DNA from: Phyllosticta citribraziliensis
Lineage: Eukaryota
Length of the DNA: 64,000 nucleotides
Direction: 5' to 3'
Assembly (NCBI RefSeq): GCF_038025025.1
Contig: NW_027117345.1
Location: forward strand, 248,001-312,000
Shown: in pieces, positions 14,200-27,100 of the stretch
Position numbering within the stretch: position 1 is the first letter of the stretch
Layout of the letters: the number at the start of each line of letters is the position of its first letter
Made by a program: the position numbers and the translations under genes
The notes under the pieces: generated by a model
Database searches by the model: none
What the model saw: the letters and a program-made list of their open reading frames with translations, nothing else
What the model was told of the DNA's origin: nothing

Positions 14200-17100
14200 A
14201 TGGGAAAGAAGTCCAACAAGGATATCGAAAAGGGCGACGCGGCCCATGACGAGCCCGCCCGAGTCGACGAATATGAAGGCCTCGACGAATACGCCGCGCT
14301 CCAAAAGTTCATCACCACCTACCGCGACCCCAAGGCCGCCGAGGCCGAGGGCGCTGAGGAGGGCGATGTCACCGCCGCCAAGAAGCCCTGGTGGGCCTTC
14401 TGGCGCAGCAACAAGGGCACTGCTACCGCCGACACTGGTGTAGTCCCTCCTGCTTGGCTCGAGGCCGACATCAACCAAGGCATCACCGATGGCGACGTCC
14501 AATCGCGCCGCAAGCGCTTCGGCTGGAACGAAATCTCCACCGAGAAGGAGAACCTGTTCCTCAAGTTCCTTGGTTTCTTCCAGGGTCCCGTCCTGTACAG
14601 TAAGTGGCAGCATCCATGTTCCTGGGCGGTTTCCGTTCCTGGCACGTGATTCGCTAACGACCGCTGCAGCCATGGAGTTGGCCGTTCTGCTCGCCGCCGG
14701 TCTCCGCGACTGGATCGACTTTGGTGTCATCATTGGTATTCTGATGCTCAACGCCATTGTCGGTTGGTACCAGGAGAAGCAGGCCGCCGATGTCGTCGCT
14801 TCGCTCAAGGGAGACATTGCCATGCGCGCCACCGTCGTCCGCGACGGCCGCGAGCAAAGCATCCTCGCCCGTGAAATCGTCCCCGGTGACATCATCGTCC
14901 TCGAGGAAGGCCAGACCGTTCCCGCCGACGTTCGTCTCATCTGCGACTACTCGAGCCCCCAGGACTTTGAGCGCTACAAGGAGCTCCGCGACTCGGACAA
15001 GTTCAAGGAGGACGACCCCGATGACGAGGGCGAGGACGAGGACGAGCAGGACAAGACGCACCGTTTCGGCCAGCCCCTCGTTGCTTGCGACCAGTCTGCC
15101 ATTACTGGTGAATCGCTCGCTGTCGACAAGTTCATGGGCGATGTCTGCTACTACACCACTGGCTGCAAGCGCGGCAAGGCGTACGGTATTGCCCTGACCT
15201 CGGCCAAGTTCTCCTTCGTCGGTCGCACCGCTACCCTCGTCGCTGGCGCCAAGGACTCTGGTCACTTCAAGGCCATCATGGACTCCATTGGAACGTCGCT
15301 GCTGGTTCTCGTCGTCTTCTTCATCCTCGTCTCCTGGATTGGCGGCTTCTTCCGTCACCTCAAGATTGCGACGCCCGAGAACAGCTCCATCAACCTGCTG
15401 CACTACGCCCTCATTCTCTTGATCGTCGGTGTCCCCGTCGGTCTTCCCGTCGTTACCACCACCACGCTCGCTGTCGGTGCCGCATACCTTGCCGAGGAGA
15501 AGGCCATTGTCCAGAAGCTCACTGCCATTGAGTCGCTTGCTGGTGTCGACGTTCTCTGCTCCGACAAGACCGGTACCCTCACTGCCAACCAGCTGTCTCT
15601 GCGCGAGCCTTACGTTGCCGAGGGCCAGGATGTCAACTGGATGATGGCCTGCGCCGCTCTCGCCTCGTCCCACAACATCAAGTCGCTCGACCCCATTGAC
15701 AAGGTCACCATTCTGTCGCTCAAGCGTTACCCCAAGGCCCGTGAGATTCTCCAGCAGCCCTGGAGGACCGAGAAGTTCACTCCTTTCGACCCCGTCTCCA
15801 AGCGCATCACCACCGTCTGCTGGCTCAACGGCGACAAGTACGTCTGCGCCAAGGGTGCCCCCAAGGCCATTGTCAACCTGTCCAACTGCTCCAAGGAGGT
15901 CGCCGACCTGTACCGCGACAAGGCCACCGAGTTTGCCCGCCGTGGTTTCCGTTCGCTTGGTGTTGCCTACCAGAAGAACGACGGTGACTGGATCCTGCTT
16001 GGTCTCCTCTCCATGTTTGACCCTCCCCGTGAGGACACTGCCCAGACCATCCTCGAGGCCCAGAACCTTGGTGTCCCCGTCAAGATGCTTACTGGTGACG
16101 CCATTGCCATTGCCAAGGAGACTTGCAAGATGCTTGCTCTCGGTACCAAGGTCTACAACTCCGAGAAGCTGATCCACGGCGGTCTCACCGGCTCCACCCA
16201 GTACGACCTTGTCGAGTCTGCCGACGGTTTCGCCGAAGTCTTCCCCGAGCACAAGTACCAGGTCGTCGAGATGCTCCAGCAGCGTGGTCACTTGACTGCC
16301 ATGACTGGTGACGGTGTCAACGACGCTCCCTCGCTCAAGAAGGCCGACTGCGGTATTGCCGTCGAAGGTTCCACCGAGGCTGCCCAGGCTGCCGCCGACA
16401 TTGTCTTCCTTGCCCCCGGTCTTTCCACCATTGTCCTCGCCATCAAGATCTCTCGCCAGATTTTCAACCGCATGAAGGCCTACATCCAGTACCGTATCGC
16501 TCTCTGTCTCCACCTTGAGCTTTACCTCGTCACCTCCATGATCATCATCAACGAGACCATCCGTGTCGAGCTCATCGTCTTCATTGCCCTGTTTGCCGAC
16601 TTGGCCACCGTCGCCGTCGCCTACGACAACGCCTTTTCTGACGAGCGCCCCGTCGAGTGGCAGCTTCCCAAGATCTGGATCATCTCGGTCATCCTCGGCA
16701 TCTTGCTTGCTGCCGGTACCTGGATCATCCGTGGCTCCATGTTCCTCAGCAACGGCGGTATCGTCCAGAACTTTGGCTCCGTCCAGGAAATCCTCTTCCT
16801 CGAAGTCTCGCTCACCGAGAACTGGCTCATCTTCGTCACCCGTGGCGGCAAGACCTGGCCCTCGTGGCAGCTCGTCGGCGCCATCTTCGGTGTCGACGTC
16901 CTGGCGACCATCTTCTGTATCTTCGGTTGGCTCTCGGGCAAGCCCCAAATCACCAGCCCTCCCACTCCCTTCAACCAGCGCCTCGACGGCTGGACCGACG
17001 TCGTCACCGTCGTCGTTGTCTGGTGTTACTCGATCGGTGTCACCATCATCATCGCCATTGTCTACTTCCTCCTCAACCGCATCCCGTGGCTCGACAACCT

Positions 17101-17248
17101 TGGCCGCAAGAACCGCAGCAACAAGAACGAGCGCCTCGAGAACATCATCGGCCGCATCAGCAAGCTCGCCTTTGAGCACTCGATCACCCCCGATGGCAAG
17201 AACAGCTACTCGGTCGTCGAGAAGGCTGCCGAAGAGGAAGAGGACTAG
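14200..17248 (+). CDS. PMA1: Plasma-membrane H+-ATPase (P-type 3A); one intron 14600-14669
   Basis: Motifs DQSAITGES, CSDKTGTLT (phosphorylated Asp), KGAP, MLTGD, TGDGVNDAPSLKKAD; multiple TM segments; strong C-ending codon bias. The GTAAGT...GCTAAC...CAG intron joins GPVLY to TMELAVLLAAG. Confidence 0.97.
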
Positions 17249-20200
17249 ATTAGTAGCTGATGGTTTTTGGATGATAATTGCACGATCATGTGTCCCACCG
17301 GTCCTCTCGAGTCTCGTACAAACAAAAGTTCGGCTTGAAGGACGCAGGCGCTTGGATGATTGATGGGTTTTTTCTAGTCAAAGTCAAGAGATTTTGGGGT
17401 TTTATACTCTCTTGCTGTTCTGTTTTTCCGTTTTCCTTTGAGATACTACCTCCTCGCTAGTATAGACGATAGACCTTAATACCACTACAGAGGTAATGAA
17501 TTCAACGAAAAATGTTCAATTTGGTTGTGCCTGTTTCTTTTTGGAGTTGGTTTCTCTACTCGAGTCTTTTCTCTACACCATTTTCAAGTCGGTCATGGTT
17601 CTTGAGCATCGTCTTGGGCGTTTTGTCTCGTTGAGCATGTTGGCGGGCATTCTTTCCCAAAGTGCGCTCTTCTCACGTGCATTCGCGGCAGGCAATCTTA
17701 CCTACTGCACCGGCCTCCACCTACAGAAGAGCTTAGGACCTACGGCACAGTGGGTGTCGAAAGAACGAGACATGGTTCACTGCAACTACTGCACTCGGGG
17801 AGCAGTCATGCCCCATGAGAGCGACACAGCGACGCCCAAGGAGCATTCGTCCGGCAGCCAGCAACAGCAACAGCGACAGAAACAGCGACAACGGCAGCCA
17901 AAAGCCAAGCATCAACGCATCCCGCAATCGGCGCCAAGCAGCAGCCCCAGCAGTAACCATGAGGCATCCACAACTCATCTCATCTTTGCCATAATCACTC
18001 GGTCGGACAAGAAGAGACACCCAAGCAACGACAGCAAATCTCGCATCGGAGGCCAAGATTGTTTTCCCACATCACCTCCGCTCGCTCGCTGGCTGGCTGG
18101 CTCACTGGCTCGCTCACTCGCCTCCATCAACTCTTCTCGCTCGGCTTCCGACCCGCAGTCGGTCTTGGTGCTTGAGTGAGGGGTTTAACGGCTCGTTATC
18201 CCGCTGCTGGCTGCCCGCATGCGCCGATTGCGGTGATATGGCATACTTGTCCACAGGGGAACTGTTGCCGCCGCTGAGAGGGAGAATGGGTCTGGGTGGG
18301 CTCTTCATCTATCGTCGTATCAATCTGGCCCTGCATCATTCGACGTGGCTAACTAACGGCTGTCCATAGTTTCTTGGGCCCAGTCGACTTTGCTCACCGC
18401 ACCATAACCGCCTCGCCTCGCCTCGCTTAGATATGGAGGTAGGCAGGTAGGTAAGGTAGGTCTCGAGCCTCGCCGACGGACGATGATGATGCCTCGGCAC
18501 ACAGGCGCATCGCACGCACCCACGCCCGCACGCCCTTTGACGAGTTTTCCCCCACTGCTGCTGCTGGAGACCAGCATCGAGCACCAGCAAAGCACACCAA
18601 CAGCACCAGAGACCGGCTCTTTTTGCCCTCCTCATTGTGCGTTGGATGGCTCGGCACTCGAAGTGGGCGCGCGCACGCACACACCGGCCTGCTGGAAAAA
18701 CGGTGCCGAGTCGCGTTCATAGCGCGCATGCACACGCCGGAGCACACCACCGGCCGGCCTCTCCTCTCGCGTGGAGGCGAAGGATGGACCTTGTTTGTGG
18801 TTGGCAACACGCAACACGAAAAAGGTGCGATTGAGACAGACGGGCAAAACAAGAGAGAGGAGGCGGATGGTTTGCTGAATTGCCCATCGACAAACTCCCG
18901 CCCGCCTGCCTGTGTATGTACGCATCTGTCTCCCTTGACCAGCACCAGACCGCTGCTGTCGATCTCGCGTCCGTGGATTGATTCCCAGGCGCGCCTCTCC
19001 CTCTCCATACACGTCTCGTCTCGTGTGGAAACTCAATCACATATATACATACCATCCACATCCGCAACGCCGACCACCAACGGAAAAGGTACCGGTAGCC
19101 ACCATCAAACAAGCAACAACACCGCGACAAATCACGCCGAGCTCAACCACATCATCGAGCCCGCCAACCAACCATTCCACACCTAACCGTCCGTGCCCAC
19201 ACGCCCGCCGCCCCACACATTCCACAAGGAACCGCACCGCACCACCGCAACAGGCAAGATGCGCAAAGCGAGCCAGACGGTTTCTGGGTGCAAGCGGTGG
19301 AGCCGCTCCGCGCCTCCCCCTGAAAATCAATACGCTTGCGCGTAGCTCCCGTGCGCGCCTCGTCCAATCGCGCTCCCCCATCTCGTAAAACATCGGGGCC
19401 GCACTGCATTACACCCGTGAGTTGTGCGCAGTTATTATTCAAGAGAGTGGTGACGATCGTTAGGTCGTTTGTGGATGGCGGCGCCGGTGGGGAAATTATG
19501 CCGGGCGTTTGTTGTGCTGCCGATGACTCGCGCGCGGTCGGGGCTTTTTTTTGCTGTTTTTCGTGTTCGATGATGGATGGATGGATGGACGTGCGGATGG
19601 ACGGACTCGAGGGCGTGCGTGTGCGGTCTGTGGGAGGCATAGGCGCGCGCCATGTCTGCCCATCGTTGCTGCTTGAGGGGCAGAGTCGCGTGCGTACTGG
19701 TCTGGTCTGCCGCCCAACGTCACGGTACGGATGCTATGGCGCGGTCGATTATGCGCTGCGTTGTGGTGGTGGAAGAGACTGTCCCATCTCTCTTCACTCT
19801 CTCCACGGAACTCATTGACAGCCTGGCTGGCCGACCAACCTCGCTGGGCGCGGAGACGCATTGTCAGGACAGGACAGGACGGCACGCACAAACTCACCAC
19901 CCACGCGTCAATATGGACGGGCAGGCGGTCTGCATCTGTCCACGGCCATCATCCATCCATCCATCCATGTATCAACACATCTGGCGGTGGGCGGTGGACG
20001 ATAAGAAAAGAGCAAGGCAGCCTCGCAGCTCGCAGACCAACAAGCGGTCGACCAGTCGGGGGCGGCCATCCACCACTGACCACCGCCTTCTCCGTCCTCT
20101 GCCCACGCCACCGCGTACAGTACCGGCAGCGTGGCAAACTTGCCTCAAGCAGAGACAGGCGGTGGTCGTCGCGCGCAGAGCCCGACCGGCAGACGCAAAG

Positions 20201-20731
20201 CGGCCTGTCCTCGCTGGCGTGCGAGCGAGCGAGCGAGCGTGAAGTGAACGGCGCAGCGCAGCATTGGCCTTCGCCTTTCTTCACCTTCTCCGCTGTGTAC
20301 TCCTATGTGCAGTACTCCACTACACTTACCCCACAACCCACGCATCCACGCGCTGCCGTCCATCCTTTTCGCTGCACCCGCCCAAGACAGGTAGGGGTGG
20401 GTATGCCGGCCAGAGCGCGAGGGAAGACCGCGAAGCCGCGTGGCGACGGAAAGATATGTATGTGTGGACCATGTACATTGGTAGGAGCAGGGGACAGGGG
20501 TACAGTACATGCAACGGCGGCCGGTCAAAGAGCTGTGGCAACAGAGACAAAGAGGAAGCCCGCTGCGGCATCGCGGTCAAGTGCTTTTCAAGAAAGCTAC
20601 GCATTGCTGTCGTTCCTAACCGACGGTCGAAATCTGCGATACTGATTCGGCGGGGGCCATGTTCTTGTCCGCAATGTGCTGAGTCAACGTCTCAACGGGT
20701 GCTTGGCCCTTGGTTTCGAAGACTTGTCCTG

Positions 20732-21800
20732 CTAGGAATGAGGCAAAACTATAAGCGTCGGACCATTTAGCCCCATCTTGATGCGTACCGCAACCCAGTG
20801 TGAGCCATTGCGGTTGAAGGCAAAAGTGATCGACTCTACCTCAGTAGAGATGGCTGGAATGAAGCACCGTCGTCGAGCGGCTGTGCCGGCATAGGAGATA
20901 TACCACTGTCCGCCCTCTTCTTGCTCTACATGTCCTTGAGAGATGGCTTGCTGGGTGGTAGGGTCCTCATAGCCATAGAAATGAATTGAGAGGTCTTCAC
21001 AGAATAAGAGGGTAGTGGTCGAATCTCCTAGGCGGCGACTTTCTGTCTTTACCAGGGAGTCAATAGTCTCCCAGTGCAGCCAGGCGTCTTGGCCGCTGTT
21101 ACGATCCGGACGAGGCCAGAGGGTCATCATAGCATGACCAGCCGGTAAGGAAGCCTCGCCAGCTTAGATTGAGGCGCAGTCTTCTCCTTTTGCGACGAGC
21201 TTCTTGAAGTGGGCAAGAAGCATTAGCATCATATGAGCCGCCAATGCAGACTGAATGGTGTCGATATCTGCGCCAGAAGTCCGCTCCACCTTCTCCAGTG
21301 ATTCGATTTTGGCTAGCTCGCTTGGTCTAGCATCCTTTACCACGTAGTCGTCAGGGTCCTCAAAGTCCTCGATTCTTGGACGCTTGGCAGGTGGTGAGCC
21401 CAGAGAGTCCACCTCATCTGGCTGCGTAGCCGCCTCCATTGCCTCAGTGAAGTCATTGGGCGGTGATACTGGCCCTGCGGTCTGAATTCTTGCTAGTCGG
21501 CGTAGGCTGCGGCGCTTTAATCGACGGCGGCGGCTTTGGAAGGAGGTTGGTGGCGCTCTGAGAAGTGAGCGGACGTTCTTGTGGGTTCTGCCACTCATCA
21601 CCATAACCATATACGTAATCCGCAGGAACTGGAATGAAGACGGTTTTCGGGTCTCGGTAAGGCCCCTGATAGCCCATTGATGGTGTCTGGTGAGGAGAGT
21701 ATGGCCGCGGTGGCTGCGGAATCTGAGGCCTATCATTTTGATTTTGGCGGCGATTGCTTCCCTGGTTGCCGCGAAAAGGGTAAGGTGGTGGCCCCGCCGT
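20732..21800 (-). pseudogene. Decayed copy 2 of the Pro-rich family, with a Ulp1/C48 (SUMO protease)-like C-terminal segment; possibly transposon-derived
   Basis: Segments GYQGPYRDPKTVFIPVPADYVYG, EVDSLGSPPAKRPR and ADIDTIQSALAAHMMLMLLAHFK match copy 1. The start codon position reads ACG (21800). A single TAA (21164-21166) separates this from the in-frame WLHWETID...ITFAFNRNGSHWVAV, which resembles the Ulp1 WLxD..I and HW motifs. No Q..DCG catalytic-Cys motif is seen. Confidence 0.55.
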
Positions 21801-22472
21801 GGTGTTTAGAGAAGGCTAAATGGCCGGAGTATGGGGCGTTCGTAACGCGAGGCGAAAGTGCGTAAATGTATGCCGGAAGGGACCGAGGAGGGAGCGAGAG
21901 CATTCAAACACGGCGGATAAAGCGCGTGTAGCCGGTATGCCGGAAGAGATCTTCAAAAGAAGGCCCATAGGACGAGAAGGTGACGGCGGCAGGATGACTT
22001 TGCCGACTTTGCGACGACAATCTTTGGCAAAAGGCGGGAGGTGGAACGCGGCAAGACGACGATAGAAGACGGCGAGGCAGAGAGGTTGACGGCAGGTGGA
22101 GAGGCTGATGGTGTAGAGAGAAAGGGTAAGACGGAAGTAAAAGAGACAGTAAACAATTTGGACGCGTTCGTTGACTGGGTCTGGCTGTGGCGATGAATGA
22201 CTGCTCCCTAAGTGCACTCGCACTGCCTGGAGGTCTATCTCATTTCTTTCAACACCCACTGTGCGCCCGCGCAAACATCATCCATCCTGTTCACAGCATA
22301 AACGCAGTGTTGCAAATGCTGCGGGCATTTATGGAGGGAGAAGGTAGACGGCCCATGCACATACCGTACCTTGCGTAGGTAGGCAGGACAGAACGATTCC
22401 CTTCCCTCGTTCATTGTGAGGCCAGCCATGTTGAATACATAAACCAAAAACATCAGTTCGATTGTAGAGGAA

Positions 22473-22589
22473 AACACGATGGTCGAACGGTACGTCTGCC
22501 AAGATTAAAAGGCTCGATTCGAGCGGTGATCCAGCAAGTCAGCCTAATCTGGCAAAGACGCATTGGTTCGATCCTCGCAGTCCTCTTTT
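22473..22589 (+). tRNA. Degenerate tRNA-like sequence (Ser/Leu-type pseudo-tRNA or tRNA-derived Pol III head)
   Basis: A-box-like TGGTCGAACGG (22480-22490), B-box GGTTCGATCC (22565-22574), 3' end GCAGT resembling tRNA-Ser, then T-run terminators. The T-stem and acceptor stem do not pair well, so it is probably non-functional. Confidence 0.3.
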
Positions 22590-23277
22590 GCCTTTTTTTT
22601 CCTGTCGGTTCCTTTTTGCTCTGCTGCTCGGCGTCAGAGCGTCGAACGGAATTTGTGCGGGCTTGCTCGTGTGTTGTCTCCGGTAGATGCGACGAGAGGG
22701 GAAAATGAGGAGTTCACTGTTTTGGAGCAGACCTTCATTGAAGCTAGCTTCAGATGTCTGAGGTCACCCGCCCGCTAAGCAGCCAGTATTCCATTCGCTG
22801 TTGAGCAGGTAGAGTGGCCCAACTCATTTTTGAAGCGAACGAGGCCTGCTGTCAGAGACACCAGGCCGCTTGATGAAGCTGCCAGAGCGCAGCAGTGGAC
22901 GTCATAAGTTCAGCTCGCGGCCCTTGCTAACGTTCTCCCCATTCGTTCGTTGTCTTGCCAGTGCAATCGGCCGTCTTTTTTTTTCCAAGGAGCACCATTG
23001 CCGGGCCAGTTTGAAAACAACCGTCATGACCATGACTTTGAGAGAACAACAAAGACAATTGACGAGTTCCTCGCTCTTGGCATGTCCGACGCGGCAGTCG
23101 GGGATGACGGGATTGGTGTTAGGGACGGCAGATGCAAACTTAGCTCATCCTTGCAGGGGAACCATAGTCCTAGGGTTTCCTGCGCAACAAATCGCAGCTC
23201 CAAGTATTTCAACGTCTTCTGGGCCGTCTCTTCGTTCTTTTTTTCCCGCGCTCTTCTTACACTGCCAATCGCCCAAG

Positions 23278-24419
23278 ATGCGTCCTCCGTTCGCCCTCAT
23301 AATTGCGACGATTTCATGTTGCTTTTCAACCGCCCAAGCCCTGCGCATACTGCTCAACAACGATGACGGCTGGGCGAGCGCAAACATCCGAGAAACATAT
23401 CGCCTGTTGAGAGAGGCTGGCCACCAAGTCCTGCTCGTCGCCCCAGTCGTCGACAACTCGGGCCAAGGCGGCAGAGTGAGTTTTTTCCTTTTGCAAGCGT
23501 TCACGTCAGCTGCTCATGCAGGGTTTAGTCAGTCTTCACTCGGGAAAGCATCTTGATGGCCAACGGCGAATTCGACTCTGTTCTCAAAGGCGCTCCCTCA
23601 TTGGGCCACGACAAGGACGACGTCAACATTTGGTACTACAATGGCACGCCGGCCGCGTGTACGTTTGTCAATCTCGACTTTGTCATGGGCGAAGTGTGGC
23701 CCCAGGTCAACGCGCCCGACCTCCTGGTGTCTGGTCCCAACGTAGGCCAGAACTTGGGTGGGTTCTTGTATACGCTCAGCGGCACCATGGGCGCGACGAC
23801 GGCGGCAGTAGGGCGCGGCGTTCCCGCCATTGCTTTCTCTGCTGGGAGCAACGGCGGCCAGAGGAGCTACACAGACGTGAAAAGCCCGACAGAGGCTGGA
23901 TTGACCGATCCTGCCACCATCAGCGCAAATCTCACGGTCAAGCTGGTCCAACAGTTGATTGACAATACGCCCCAGGGCGAGCGCCTCCTCCCGTTGGGAT
24001 ACGGCATCAGGTATGCCCCAAAGCTCGGAATCGTCTCTTGCTGACGCGTGCATCGCAGTGTCAATTATCCAGATATAACCTCTTTCAAGGACAATTCGTG
24101 CATCGATCCGCCGTTTGTCCGCACGCGCATGACGGGCGGAGCTTTCAGTACCAAGGCAGTCTACAACAACGCCACGGGAATCTTCTCAGGCGAGAATATC
24201 GAAGGCGTAGGACTCAACGCGTGCATCAACGGCAATTGCAGCCTCCGCGGAGAGACAGACGTCGCTCTGAAAGGATGCGAGACCGCGGTGACCATTTTCA
24301 GCGTCGACTACGACGCGCCCACCGGACCCGACACATCCAAGATTGAGGACAGGCTGCGGCCTCTTGTGAGGACAGACGGCAGTGGCTCGACTGCGGGAAA
24401 CGACGTTAGTCCGACTTGA
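23278..24419 (+). CDS. Secreted SurE-family 5'/3'-nucleotidase / acid phosphatase; introns 23476-23528 and 24011-24058
   Basis: Signal-peptide-like MRPPFALIIATISCCFSTAQA followed by the SurE motifs ILLNNDDG, APVVDNSGQG, NGTPAAC, LLVSGPNVGQN, SGTMGA and SVNYP; splicing restores the frame. Confidence 0.9.
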
Positions 24420-24814
24420 TGGCTTGAGGGCGAGCTGACCATAGCGATTAGGCAACTGGCGCTGACGGGGTGACGTCTGGGAGTGACGAAAGCAAAGGAA
24501 GACGGTTCGGAAAGTGGTTTTCAGTGAGGAGAGCGCGTAGAAGGTCGAGTTTGAGAGACGAAGTGCGAAGATGGTGAATTGGGATAATACATGTAGATAT
24601 TCAACGAAGTGAAGGTTGCAGAGTGAGGAGTGAGAGCGGTCATGGGTGCGGGCGGCGACTGACGCAGTGCCAAGCCCCACGCGGACCTCGTTCCATGCCA
24701 TGGACGGAGCTCCCCATCTACTAGGCGGCAGCAATTCGACCAGACCATCCCACTCGTCGTCCTTTGATACTTTTTCTCCTCCTGATTTCCCGAACAACTA
24801 CTGCCTCGCTCTCC

Positions 24815-27100
24815 ATGTTTCGCGCCCAGCAGAATCAGTTTGACGAGGTCGTCGGTTAGTGCCTCACCTCCGCCCCGCCGCTGGACACGCCCAGGCAGCG
24901 CCCATGCTAACAGCTCCTGATTCACAGTCAAGGCTACCGACGAGAACCTGACGAGCGAAAATTGGGAGTACATTCTCGTGCGCAATTTTACCCTTCTCTC
25001 AACCTCGCGCTCCGGCTAATACCGTGTAGGACGTTTGCGACAAGGTCGGCGCCACCGAGAGCGGGTACGTTTCCCTATTCCTGATCGACCGCGCCTGGGA
25101 TGGACAAACACCTTGGCAGCCATGGCATGGACTGACCTGGATCGGGGGATGGTAGAGCTCGAGATGTCGTCGCTGCGCTCATCAAGCGTCTCGCCCACAG
25201 AAATGCCAACGTCCAGCTATACACATTAGAGGTTGGTGCTCGCCGATGACGATATAGAGGACTGTGTGGCTGACATGGAACGTACAAAGCTGGCGAACGC
25301 CCTCTCAAAGAACTGCGGTCTCAAGATTCACAAGGAGTTGGCTTCGAGGAGTTTCACCGATGCACTTCTCCGGCTGGCAGCCGACCGGAACACGCACCAG
25401 CAAGTCAAGGCCAAGATTCTCGAGCGCATGGAAGAATGGACGGAGATGTTTTCCAAGAGTCCAGAGCTCGGAATCATGGAGCAGGCCTATATGAGGCTCA
25501 AGACCCAGAGTACGGTTTCTTAGTCCCGGCAGGACCTTACAAACTGACCCAACGCAGACCCAACCCTGCGCCCCCCATCGAAGCCCGGAAAGACGCAAAT
25601 CACAGAGGCAGACCGTTCAAAAGAGGAGGAAGAGCTGCAGATGGCTCTGGCTTTGTCACTCAAGGAGAATCAAGTATCAGCACCCACCGCCGCCAAATCA
25701 AATCAGCCGGCAGCATCTCCGCAGCCCAGCAGTCAGCCGCCATCGCAGGCTATTGCCTCTGGCACAACCGCAGCAACAGTCTATCGTGTCCGCGCGCTCT
25801 ACGACTTTACGCCCTCTGAGCCAGGTGAACTGGCATTCCGCAAGGGTGACATAATTGCCGTGCTAGAGTCGGTCTACAAGGATTGGTGGAAGGGTTCTCT
25901 GCGCGGCCAAGTCGGCATTTTCCCTCTCAACTACGTGGAAAAACTGCAGGACCCTACAAGAGAAGAGCTGGAAAGAGAGGCGCAAATGGAGGGTGAAGTC
26001 TTTGGACAAATCAAGAACGTCGAGAAGCTGCTGGCTCTGCTGAGCACAACTTCTACTGCGGACGCGAGAGACAATGAGGAGGTCACGGTAAGCTAAGGCG
26101 CAATCGAGTCAGCATGACGCTAATATGCGCAGACGTTGTACCACCAGGTGGTGGCGATACGGCCAAAGCTAATTGAGCTGATTGGAAAGTACTCGCAAAA
26201 GAAGGGTGAGTTTGCCGTACGAGTCTTGGTTCCATCTGACACGTGGTAGACGACTTTACGCAACTGAACGAAAAATTCATCAAGGCACGGCGAGACTACG
26301 AGGCCCTTTTGGAGGCCTCCATGTCTCAAGCCGGCCAACCTGGCTACGGCCGACCACCGTTTGGCTACGCGGGACCCCCACCATCGCAGGGAGCACCATA
26401 CAATGCATATGCACCCCAAGGTGGCCCTCCGCAGCAGGACCCGCAGCAACGCTACTATTCTCCTGGTCCGGACAAGGGTTACGGCTACCAGGCGCCACCG
26501 CAAAACGGGCCACAGCCCTTCTTCATGGTCGCACCGGGTCAGACGCCATCCGCACCGGCAGCAGTGTCCAGCCCTACGCCAGCAAACAGTGATCCGTATA
26601 CCCAGCAGCAGCAACAGCAGCGCGTAGGTTCTGGCGGCCGTCCGCAGTCCATGGCTTATCCGCACGAGATGGCGGCCAATAGCCCCGTGGGCACGCGACC
26701 ACCGCAGCAAGCCTACGACTCGTATCAACAGCAGCAGCAGCAGCAGACGGAAGCCGGTGCCCAAGCCTCATACCCCGCACAACCACCACCGCAACAACCA
26801 GCATCAGCTCCTTATGACGCTTCTCCCTCCTCCGCCTATCCTCCGCAGCAACAACAGCAACAACAGCAACAAGCCCCGCCTGGCCCGTCGGACCCCTATC
26901 AGCAGCCGCAGGCTCCACAACAGCCGTCGCACCCGCCGCCCGCTGTTCCTGGCGGCTCTGCCAGCCCGGCGCAGACGTACGTTGCGTACCAGCCGTATCA
27001 GCAGCAGCAGCAGGCGCCGCCACAGATGTGGGGGCAGGGACAGGGACCGTCGGCGCCGCCAGTAGGTGGCAGAGATGAGGCAGAGGGCTTTTACAGGTAG
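24815..27100 (+). CDS. HSE1: ESCRT-0 subunit Hse1/STAM (VHS-UIM-SH3-GAT, Pro/Gln-rich tail), multi-exon
   Basis: MFRAQQNQFDEVV/KATDENLTSENWEYIL/DVCDKV (VHS), EEEELQMALALSL (UIM), VRALYDF...GELAFRKGD...WWKG...GIFPLNYV (SH3); several short GT-AG introns. Confidence 0.93.

Noticed and set aside
14654..17179. 841-aa antisense ORF opposite PMA1
   Set aside because: Shadow ORF caused by the strong C-ending codon bias of the sense gene; no recognisable motifs. The same applies to antisense ORFs over BCKDHB, GIT1, the FMO and BNA7.
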